Shown here: positions 57,601 through 64,000 of the stretch, in pieces
How positions within the stretch are numbered: the stretch's first letter is position 1
Layout of the letters: each line of letters begins with the position of its first letter
Assembly (NCBI RefSeq): GCF_004764705.1
Contig: NZ_SHLX01000014.1
Span: forward strand, 90,953 to 154,952
Direction of reading: 5' to 3'
DNA length: 64,000 nucleotides
Origin: Paenibacillus cymbidii
GTDB lineage: Bacteria; Bacillota; Bacilli; Paenibacillales; NBRC-103111
Notes under the pieces: model-generated
Seen by the model: the letters and a program-made list of their open reading frames with translations, nothing else
What the model was told of the DNA's origin: nothing
Database searches by the model: none
Translations under genes and position numbers: made by a program

Positions 57601-60465
57601 ACGCCTTCGGCAAGCTCGTCGCAGAAGCACGCGGGCAATAACGCCTACGCGGTGAACGAAGATGTCGACGCGATTACCCGCACCGTCGCCGGCACGAACG
57701 GCGCGGCGACGTTCTGGTTCTACGACACGGCCGCGCCGACGCTGCAGGCGATGGCGTTCGCCGACGGCGCTACCATTGTCGGGCTTGGGGTAAGCACGCC
57801 GGTCAATGCGGCGAAATACGTGTACCGGATCGGTGCGACCACGACCGCAACGACGCTTGATCGTACGGCCGGCTGGCACAGCCTGACGTTCGATTATCGC
57901 AGCGGTACCGGCGTCACCCTGTCCATTGACGGCCATCAGGTGGCGACGACAACGGCGATAACGGCGTTCACCCGACTGGCTATGGGCGACTTTTGGCCGG
58001 ACGGTTCGACCGCCAACGTTTTCTTCGACGATGTCAGCATCGGCCAGTTTACGCCGTGGGAGTCGGATCCGGCGTTTGTTGCGCCGCCGCACTTCACCGC
58101 AGCGGACGCGATGGGCTTCGAGGCGGACGGGGCATGGCGCAGCGAGGCGTATATCCTCGAAGACAATCCGAATCTCGTGGAATCCGACTTGTGGGAATCC
58201 CGCACCACCTCGCTGGCAGCATTGTCCGCCGGCGTAGTGGAAACGAACGAGCATGTAGCGGAAGGGGCGCTTTCCGGCAAATGGAGCAATCATCCGTATT
58301 ATCCGACCATTTCGACGCGTTCGATCGAACACGACTGGTCGACGTACAACACGATTTCGTTTGCGGTTTATTCGGAGGTCGCCACCGGGGAAACGATCCA
58401 TCTGCTTGCCTTCTCCGACAATGCGGCTACGTATTGGGAGGAGTTCTACTACTTCCCGTTCACGATCGATTTCACCGGCTGGAAAACGTTCGACATTCCG
58501 TTCGCCGCCTTTACGCCGTACGGCGATCCTGCCGGCTGGAACGACGTTAGCGAGCTCGCTTTTGCAACCAAAGCGTTAAACAAGCAGCCGAGTCCCGACA
58601 CGGTCGTTCATCTCGACGCGATTCATCTGCGCAGCGAAACGGCGACGACGCTGGACACGCTGCTGGCCGGGCTTGCCGCTTCTTCGCCGCAGCCGGTCAA
58701 CTACATGACGAAATATCCGGCCGGCTTCAAGGCGGTGTCGCTGGAGGACTACCTGCTGTACGTGAACAACAAGATCGAGTACGACACGGCAGCATCCGCC
58801 AGACAGCTGGAAATCCGGGCGGAAAATAACGCGATTCTGGCGAAGTACGGCATCGCGGGAACGGACGGCGACTATGCGCTGAACCAGTTCGTCGATGCGC
58901 AGCCGGCGATCGCCACGTCGCACGACGTCATGCCGTTCGACCCGGGCGCGCTCAATCACGGCTTCGCGGAGCTGCACGCCGCGCCGGCCGGAGGCACGGT
59001 CGAATACCAGTCGTATTGGAAAAACGAACGCGCGCTGTACGGCTACAACCCGCAATTCCAGGTGGCGCCGGTATCGGTTGACGTGTACGGCAACAAGTAC
59101 CTGAAATACAGCGATTCGATCATCGAAACGTATCATGCCGGGGCGGACCGCTGGCTCTACCATGACATCGAGCCGGTCTATCGCAAGTACGTCACCGACA
59201 CGCTTGGCTGGTACGGTTACTGGCATCGCGACGACGGCTTCTACAACGATGTCAAAATCCGCTTCGACAACGACGGCGACGCGTATATCTTGTCCACGCT
59301 GCTGGAAGTGAGAGCGAACGGCACTACCGGAGACATCGTCGGGGTGCTGCTGTATTCGCACGACAAGATGAAAACATGGACCGCGTACGCGCTGCCGAAT
59401 CCGTTCTCCAAATTCGAGAACATCGACTCGAACAACGCCGATGCGCTGAATCGGCCGCCCGTCATCACGCTGCACGATTATTGGTATCACGCCAGACAGA
59501 ACAAAAGCGGCTACCTCCTCATCCCGCAGAAGCAGCCGGACGGCACGCTGGTCATTCCGCCGCGCACGAAGTTTTGCGACAGCTGCCTGCAGACGACGGT
59601 TTACCATTCCGGCGACGCCAATATTGCGGTAACGGCAGGAGACAAGGTATACCTGGCTTACAGCGTAAATGAAATCGAACGCAGTCCGGCGATCCCGGCG
59701 AACCATCCGGCGAATACGATGTCGTGGACGTACAACGGCCGTACGTACGAGAGCAAAAACGGCTCTCCCGCGTTCGTCGTCAGCTACGACATCAACACGG
59801 GGCAAGTGTCCGCTCCCGTCTTCATCGGGTATGCCGGCAGCGTTCCGTACGACGACCATGACTGGCCGGCGATCGAAATCGACAGTACCGGACATCTTCA
59901 CGCTTTCATCAACGGCCATCACAATCCGCTCACCCACACGGTAACGAACAGCGCCTACGATATTTCCTCGTGGTCGGTGCCGGAGCTGGTCGGGTTGGCC
60001 AACTCCTACGCGGCGATTACGATGGACGCGGACGATACGATTCATGTCGTTACCCGCGATTCGGCGCGCGGCTATCGGTTCGACCAGTCGTATTTCCGCA
60101 AGAAAGCGGGCCAGCCTTGGGAAGGGCCGGTCAATCTCGTGAAACGGTTCAAGCCGTATTACGAGGTGGCGAACCAGCGGATGTCCATCGATCCGACAAC
60201 GGGCAAATTGTTCGTATCGTATTACGGCCAATCGCGTTCGGTGCAAATTTACAAGGACGAGTATGACGCCTATACGTACATTTGGCCGGATCGGGAGAAG
60301 CTGATGAATCCGCGCAACGTGGCCGGACCGGTCGGCTCCTACAAAACGCCGCGCGGCTCTTACGGCACGATGGCGAGCATTCCCGCGACGGAAATGACGA
60401 TTCTGACGTCCGACGACGGCGGGGATACGTGGCATTTGGCGACGACGCCCGATTTTGCACCATAA
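54688..60465 (+). CDS. Giant secreted protein (1925 aa): signal peptide, 7 tandem ~175-aa LamG-like/concanavalin-type lectin repeats, a CBM-like β-sandwich region, and a C-terminal BNR (Asp-box) domain
   Basis: Signal peptide MKRWKSKLAGLLVCILFAGVINVSLITPASA. Seven repeats each hold D(G)FE(N)GF…W…G…HxG..S…TGWHSL(S/A)FDYRSG…(Y/F)FDDV.VQ. The same periodicity shows at DNA level (ACCGGCTGGCACAGCCT… recurring every ~530 nt). A C-terminal Asp-box SDDGGDTW is present. The gene has its own RBS and a perfect 9-bp hairpin after the stop. Confidence 0.8.
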   Translation: MKRWKSKLAGLLVCILFAGVINVSLITPASADNSDTAVLFQDGFENGFSNWTTLAGTPATSKVRAHNGRNSFAVSQNQQAIQYSLGSNSNQVAAVWFYDDASDSDMAVMAFADRNVSVVGIGVNTTVSVTNYVYRIGANTYVSTAARTTGWHSLSYDYRSGSKAVLYVDGEKIAETTAETSFNRIGLGDFWADGKTGTVYYDDVFVQKRLPWDPETVDHPTPLAPLLQASQPGGITIRDDFENGLGRWSVLYGAPATSTAQKHGGASSYAVAQDQSAIRYDIAKTNKVVVAWFYDDTSKPSTQVMAYADAYSSALALIGIGVHSAASVTKYVYRIGTDESVSAVSRSTGWHSLSFDYRSGTGVTLYIDGTQIAASTAEVAVSRISLGDFWPDGNTSGAYFDDVAVQDYLPWETPTAPAGITFMDGFDNGFTAWTTQLGTPAASADRSHDGRNSFVLNQNQVAIQHNMGSSLRKVVSVWLFDDAANANSTAYAYVDNSSAAVGLGVNTSVSGTYYVSAIGATAATTSVKRSSGWHQLVFDYRSTGGVVLYIDGEQVGTTASVNAFNRIALGDYWSGTTSNVYFDDVSVKDGLPWDTAIAPFVDGFDGGLAYWASAAGHADTTTMRAHNGNFSYVLNEDTDAVQHNMGYKVNKVAVVWMYDDAEKDALHAEALVDRGVTAIGLGVDTGVSAANYVYHIGGTTVASSVPRKTGWHSLAFDYTSGTGVTLYIDGKQVAASSSETVFNRIAFGDFWSDGVTGYIEFDDVAVQDTVPAPPGQPLFRESFESGLTNWIVQSGTPTLGTAQAHDGQKSFALDQDVVMIQHNMGISANKVAVVWFYDTANNSAVQSYAFVDNGSSLVALGAVSATSATHYIYRIGSTQSVSSVPRTPGWHSFVFDYRSGRDVTLYIDGRTVTTTTTSASFTRIGLGDYGLGVTSNGMYFDDVTVQDQLPVIHSFDDGFEAGFANWTAAYGTPSASSSQKHAGNNAYAVNEDVDAITRTVAGTNGAATFWFYDTAAPTLQAMAFADGATIVGLGVSTPVNAAKYVYRIGATTTATTLDRTAGWHSLTFDYRSGTGVTLSIDGHQVATTTAITAFTRLAMGDFWPDGSTANVFFDDVSIGQFTPWESDPAFVAPPHFTAADAMGFEADGAWRSEAYILEDNPNLVESDLWESRTTSLAALSAGVVETNEHVAEGALSGKWSNHPYYPTISTRSIEHDWSTYNTISFAVYSEVATGETIHLLAFSDNAATYWEEFYYFPFTIDFTGWKTFDIPFAAFTPYGDPAGWNDVSELAFATKALNKQPSPDTVVHLDAIHLRSETATTLDTLLAGLAASSPQPVNYMTKYPAGFKAVSLEDYLLYVNNKIEYDTAASARQLEIRAENNAILAKYGIAGTDGDYALNQFVDAQPAIATSHDVMPFDPGALNHGFAELHAAPAGGTVEYQSYWKNERALYGYNPQFQVAPVSVDVYGNKYLKYSDSIIETYHAGADRWLYHDIEPVYRKYVTDTLGWYGYWHRDDGFYNDVKIRFDNDGDAYILSTLLEVRANGTTGDIVGVLLYSHDKMKTWTAYALPNPFSKFENIDSNNADALNRPPVITLHDYWYHARQNKSGYLLIPQKQPDGTLVIPPRTKFCDSCLQTTVYHSGDANIAVTAGDKVYLAYSVNEIERSPAIPANHPANTMSWTYNGRTYESKNGSPAFVVSYDINTGQVSAPVFIGYAGSVPYDDHDWPAIEIDSTGHLHAFINGHHNPLTHTVTNSAYDISSWSVPELVGLANSYAAITMDADDTIHVVTRDSARGYRFDQSYFRKKAGQPWEGPVNLVKRFKPYYEVANQRMSIDPTTGKLFVSYYGQSRSVQIYKDEYDAYTYIWPDREKLMNPRNVAGPVGSYKTPRGSYGTMASIPATEMTILTSDDGGDTWHLATTPDFAP

Positions 60466-60525
60466 AGAAACAGAAGGGGACATGGACGGTTCATGTCCCC
60501 TCATCTCACCCGAGGAGGAAGCGGC

Positions 60526-62661
60526 ATGATCATCGCCCGGGAGTGGAGAAACCGTTACTTTATTCGTTTGGCGCTTTCATACGGCATGTTGGCCGTCCTG
60601 CTGATCGGCGCTGCAGGCGGCTATTTGTTCAACCGCGCGAATCGGGTCATGATCGACGAAATGTTCAAGGACAGCCAGCACAATTTGAACAATATCAAGG
60701 ATTACGTGGAAAATACGTTTCTGCAGCGATACGAAGATACGTTCATGAGCAAGGTGATGACGACCGTCAACCGGGACAGTCTCGATGAACTGCAATACCT
60801 GCTTGAACACGATACGGAAAAAGACGCCTACCGCATTACGCGTTTCATATATGACATGGGTGCGATCGCTTCCGCGAACGACGGCATGTCCGGCATTACC
60901 GTGCTGCTGAAAAAAGCGAATTACGTGATCGACGAGCAATATTATTATCACACCCCCGCCAACTCGCCGGATTACGATTTTATCCGCACGCTGGACGAAA
61001 CGGCGCCCAATCGCTGGACGAAACGGACCAAAGGCTCTACGGGCAAAGAAGTGCTGACTTATGTGTATTCGCTTCCCTACAAATCGATCAATAAATACGC
61101 CCTCGGGTATTTGTATCTGGATATGGATCTTGACTATATGAACAAAATGATCCGCCAGATGACCAGCTCGTCCCAGGAAAGGCTGCTCATTTTCGACAAA
61201 GACGGCAGGCTCGTCTTCCAGAATCAGCCCGGCAGCGACAGCTCGCAACGACTGGTGCAGGACATCGTCCGCGAAAACCGCTCCGAGCCGTTCGTGACCA
61301 AGGACACGAAGGAAGGCAGCATCGTCGCCTATTTGCCCAATCGCGATTCACGCAACGAATGGAGCTACGTGCTCGTCAAGCCGGTGAATTCGTTCCTGCT
61401 GACGACGGATCAATTCAAGAACGACATTCTGCGCGGCTGCCTGATCGTGCTTGTTGCCGGCCTGTTGTCGTCGTTGTTCATCTCGAACCGGTTTTCTTTG
61501 CCGCTGAAGCGGCTGGTGCTGCGCATGGGCGAACAAACCCGCAGCAGCAACGTGGTGCATCTGCTCAACGGGAACGTCGGCGATATCGACGACATTACAA
61601 GCTTGCCGACGCAGTGCCAATACGTAGCCGTTTATGTAAAAGGCGCCGCGGGCGTCCGGGAACGGTTCACGAACGAATTCGCCGGACCGTCCCGCGCGGC
61701 GGGTTGCGATACCGTAAGCGTCAACGCGCAATCCACGGCGATTTTGTTCTACCGCGACAGCGCGGAGGAGGAGCCGGTGCGGGCCGTCAGGAAAGAAATG
61801 GAGCGCTGGTTGTTCGAAACGGCCGGCGACCGGCAAATCGTCGTTGGCATCGGGCACGCGGCGCAAACCCCGGAAGAGGTGCACCGGTCGTGGGTGAACG
61901 CCGCATATGCCAGCAAGTACAGCTTCATCTTCGGCTGCCCCGCCGTCGTCGCATACGACGATGTAAAGGAGCGCAGGCCGCAGCATGTGCCGTTCCCGTT
62001 CGAGCCGTTCTCGAACGCGCTGCTCGCCGGCGATTGGCGGGCCGCCCTGCCGATGATCGACAAATTTGCCGAGGAGCTGGCCGTCGCCGACATGTCGCTG
62101 GAATCGTTCGAAGTCAACATCATGCAATTCGTCATGTCGTTGTCCGGGTTTATTATCGACCACGGTCTGCAAGCCGAGTTTCCGAGCTCCGCGTTGTTCG
62201 CGGACGTCAAGAAACCCACCTTCGCCGAAACCGTGCAGCGGATGAAGGAAATTTGCCTGCCGGTAGCCACCTTGTTCGCACAGCGGGCTACCAACGGGCA
62301 TACGCGGATGATCCATGAGTTGAAAGCTTATGTGGACAGCCATATGGAGGAGGACCTGTCGCTGGATTCGCTGGCGGCCAAGGCGGGGCTTACGCCCAAT
62401 TATGTGTCCTTGCTGTTCAGGGAAGTGCTGCACACATCCGTGGTCGACTACATCAACAAGGTACGGCTGGAAAAAGCGGCGCAGCTGCTCCAGGAGACGA
62501 GAGCGACGGTGGCGGATATCGCGGCGCAGTCGGGGTACCGCAACGTCCCGTATTTCTGCACCAAATTCAAGGCGAAGTACGGCATTACGCCGATCCAGTA
62601 CCGGCAAGCGGCCGGCGGAGGAAAGTACATTCCCGCGGAATCGTCCGCGGCGGGGGAATGA
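60526..62661 (+). CDS. Membrane-anchored AraC-family regulator with an extracytoplasmic (Cache-like) sensor domain
   Basis: N-terminal TM helix (FIRLALSYGMLAVLLIGAAGGYLF), a ~270-aa periplasmic domain, a second TM helix, and a cytoplasmic domain ending in an AraC HTH pair (…YFCTKFKAKYGITPIQYRQ). RBS is GAGGAGGAAG. Confidence 0.8.
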   Translation: MIIAREWRNRYFIRLALSYGMLAVLLIGAAGGYLFNRANRVMIDEMFKDSQHNLNNIKDYVENTFLQRYEDTFMSKVMTTVNRDSLDELQYLLEHDTEKDAYRITRFIYDMGAIASANDGMSGITVLLKKANYVIDEQYYYHTPANSPDYDFIRTLDETAPNRWTKRTKGSTGKEVLTYVYSLPYKSINKYALGYLYLDMDLDYMNKMIRQMTSSSQERLLIFDKDGRLVFQNQPGSDSSQRLVQDIVRENRSEPFVTKDTKEGSIVAYLPNRDSRNEWSYVLVKPVNSFLLTTDQFKNDILRGCLIVLVAGLLSSLFISNRFSLPLKRLVLRMGEQTRSSNVVHLLNGNVGDIDDITSLPTQCQYVAVYVKGAAGVRERFTNEFAGPSRAAGCDTVSVNAQSTAILFYRDSAEEEPVRAVRKEMERWLFETAGDRQIVVGIGHAAQTPEEVHRSWVNAAYASKYSFIFGCPAVVAYDDVKERRPQHVPFPFEPFSNALLAGDWRAALPMIDKFAEELAVADMSLESFEVNIMQFVMSLSGFIIDHGLQAEFPSSALFADVKKPTFAETVQRMKEICLPVATLFAQRATNGHTRMIHELKAYVDSHMEEDLSLDSLAAKAGLTPNYVSLLFREVLHTSVVDYINKVRLEKAAQLLQETRATVADIAAQSGYRNVPYFCTKFKAKYGITPIQYRQAAGGGKYIPAESSAAGE

Positions 62662-62687
62662 TCGTTTTTTTCCGCCAATTGTGGCTT

Positions 62688-62745
62688 TTCGAAGCATTTT
62701 CGAGGTATTTGAAATAGTCAATCGCACGGGCGTTACGTTATAGTA
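62688..62745 (+). promoter_or_regulatory. Conserved ~45-bp upstream element (copy B): TTTCGAAGCATTTTCGAGGTATTTGAAATAGTCAATCG, then 24 nt, then TATAGTAGG
   Basis: See copy A. It lies ~90 bp upstream of the SBP start at 62823. Confidence 0.6.
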
Positions 62746-62822
62746 GGCCCTGACACAGAGCTGGCGGACGCGCCGGAAAGCGGCATTCGTGTCGTACGTT
62801 TCCAATCGAACGGGAGGTTATC

Positions 62823-64000
62823 ATGAACGTCCGCAAGGGGTTGACGGTGATGACGGCGGCGCTGATCGCCGCTTGGTCGCTTTCGGCTTGTTCCGGCAAG
62901 ACGAACGGCGCGAAGGAGGCGAACGCGGCGACGTCCGGCGTTTCGGCCGAGGCAGCGGAGGAGCCGGTTGAAATCAAGTGGATCGGCTTCTATCCCCCGG
63001 ACAGCGACAATTCGTATGTGCAGCAATACCTGGAAAAGAAATTCCACGTCGCCATCAAAAACATGAGGCTGGACCGAACGGCGTCGGCCCAGCAGCTGAA
63101 CGTGAAGCTGGCCATGGGCGACATTCCCGACATCATTCCCCCGTACGTCGATATCAACGCTTATGCCAACATGGTGCAGCAGGGAATTGCGGCGGAGCTC
63201 CCCTTGGAAGAAATCCGCCACTATATGCCAAGGTACGCCAAATTTATCGACGACATGGACCCATCGCTTTGGAACATCGGGATGATCGACGGCAAAAACT
63301 ACGGCATCCCGAAAACGTATGCCGAAGGGGACGCCTATTTTGTCCCGGCCTACAATGCGGCCTGGCTGCGGGCGATCGGCTACAGCGAGCCGCCGCGGAC
63401 GCTTGCCGGGCTGGAGGACGTGCTGACGAAGTTTCGCGAGAACGACCCGGACGGCAACGGCAAGAAAGATACGTACGGCTTTTCGGCTCGCGGCAAGGAT
63501 ACGCTCGGTTCCAACCAGATTTTCAACACCGTGTTCGGCGCGTACGGCATCAACCCGAACGCCTGGATGGAAACGAACGGCAAGCTGCAGTTCGGGATTA
63601 CACTGGAAGGCGCGAAACAAGCGTTCATCACGCTGAACAAGTGGTACAAGGCGGAGCTGATCGATCCGGAGTTCATCACCATGGACTGGAACCAGTACCG
63701 GGTCAAGTTCGTCGGCGGCAAAGTCGGCATGTCCGATCAGGCGCTCTGGTATCATCTCGACCCCAGCGGGACGCTGGGCGCGGACGCGCTGAATGCGGGC
63801 ATGACGTTCGTTGTCGGACAGCCGCTGCAAGGTCCGGGCGGCAAACGGTACGCCGGTGCGCAAGGGCTCGGCCAGGTGCCCTATATCATGAGCGCCGACG
63901 CCCACAAGGACGTAAAGAAGCGGGAAACGATTTATCGCATCATGGACGCGTTGGCGATGGACCCCGAGGTGTATCGTGCCGCCGTGTACGGCGAGAAAGG
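62823..64000 (+). CDS. Second extracellular solute-binding lipoprotein (sugar ABC transporter SBP); the 3' end runs off the window
   Basis: ATG after GGGAGG. Lipobox LSAC (…LIAAWSLSACSGK). The frame is open to the window end. The track only lists the antisense shadow ORF (62733..63905, -), which I reject. Confidence 0.8.
   Translation, partial: MNVRKGLTVMTAALIAAWSLSACSGKTNGAKEANAATSGVSAEAAEEPVEIKWIGFYPPDSDNSYVQQYLEKKFHVAIKNMRLDRTASAQQLNVKLAMGDIPDIIPPYVDINAYANMVQQGIAAELPLEEIRHYMPRYAKFIDDMDPSLWNIGMIDGKNYGIPKTYAEGDAYFVPAYNAAWLRAIGYSEPPRTLAGLEDVLTKFRENDPDGNGKKDTYGFSARGKDTLGSNQIFNTVFGAYGINPNAWMETNGKLQFGITLEGAKQAFITLNKWYKAELIDPEFITMDWNQYRVKFVGGKVGMSDQALWYHLDPSGTLGADALNAGMTFVVGQPLQGPGGKRYAGAQGLGQVPYIMSADAHKDVKKRETIYRIMDALAMDPEVYRAAVYGEK

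Noticed and set aside
56209-60504. Long minus-strand ORFs (730 aa and 642 aa) inside the giant gene
   Set aside because: They are antisense to the 1925-aa + strand gene. Their repetitive R/G/A composition mirrors the sense-strand repeats. They have no start context.
62733-63905. 390-aa minus-strand ORF from the track
   Set aside because: It is the antisense shadow of the + strand solute-binding lipoprotein gene. That gene has an RBS, a lipoprotein signal and an SBP fold, and its frame stays open to the window end. The minus ORF is low-complexity and Arg/Gly/Ala-rich, typical of high-GC antisense frames.

Overview
The window is a 64 kb chromosomal segment from a high-GC (~60-65 % GC) Firmicute, most likely Paenibacillaceae (Paenibacillus- or Cohnella-like). 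This is based on gene content: bdbDC, glpP, a yesMN-like two-component system, lplABC-like sugar ABC transporters, and YheO, YigZ and DUF1128 proteins. Coding density is high on both strands. Note that the supplied ORF track contains many long shadow ORFs, as expected at this GC content.

From left to right:
- Housekeeping genes: gdhA, nfo, purU, bdbD-bdbC, tkt and ppnP.
- An accessory stretch: an MDR dehydrogenase, an AraC regulator, a tetR-MFS efflux pair and map.
- A second tetR next to an unusual β-hydroxyacid-dehydrogenase-PilZ fusion.
- pgi, patB, yigZ and a DUF1128 gene.
- An IS1595-family insertion, with a 24-bp minisatellite beside it.
- A D-amino-acid catabolic operon: yheO, a DSD1-like PLP enzyme, D-aminoacylase and ridA.
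- A VOC protein, a hisJ-family phosphatase, a LysR regulator, an overlapping padR-hydrolase pair and a HAD phosphatase.
- A three-gene membrane module in which an SPFH protein carries four zinc ribbons.
- An ABC-2 exporter, a J-domain membrane protein and an orphan cheX.
- An SDR gene, followed by a low-GC (~45 %) islet with a two-gene module (a small acidic ORF plus a 200-aa DUF3990-like protein; candidate toxin-antitoxin or defence pair).
- glpP-ugpQ-glpD behind a σA promoter and a leader terminator.
- A polysaccharide-utilisation locus: a yesN/yesM-like TCS, two ABC permeases, a solute-binding lipoprotein, a 1925-aa secreted protein (7× LamG-like repeats, a CBM-like region and a BNR domain), a membrane AraC regulator and a second SBP.

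Two features stand out as probably undescribed. The first is a ~195-bp four-hairpin element family, present in four copies, with stems that change in a compensatory way between copies. The second is an ~800-bp non-coding region holding convergent arrays of a 16-bp motif.

No rRNA, tRNA or CRISPR array was recognised.
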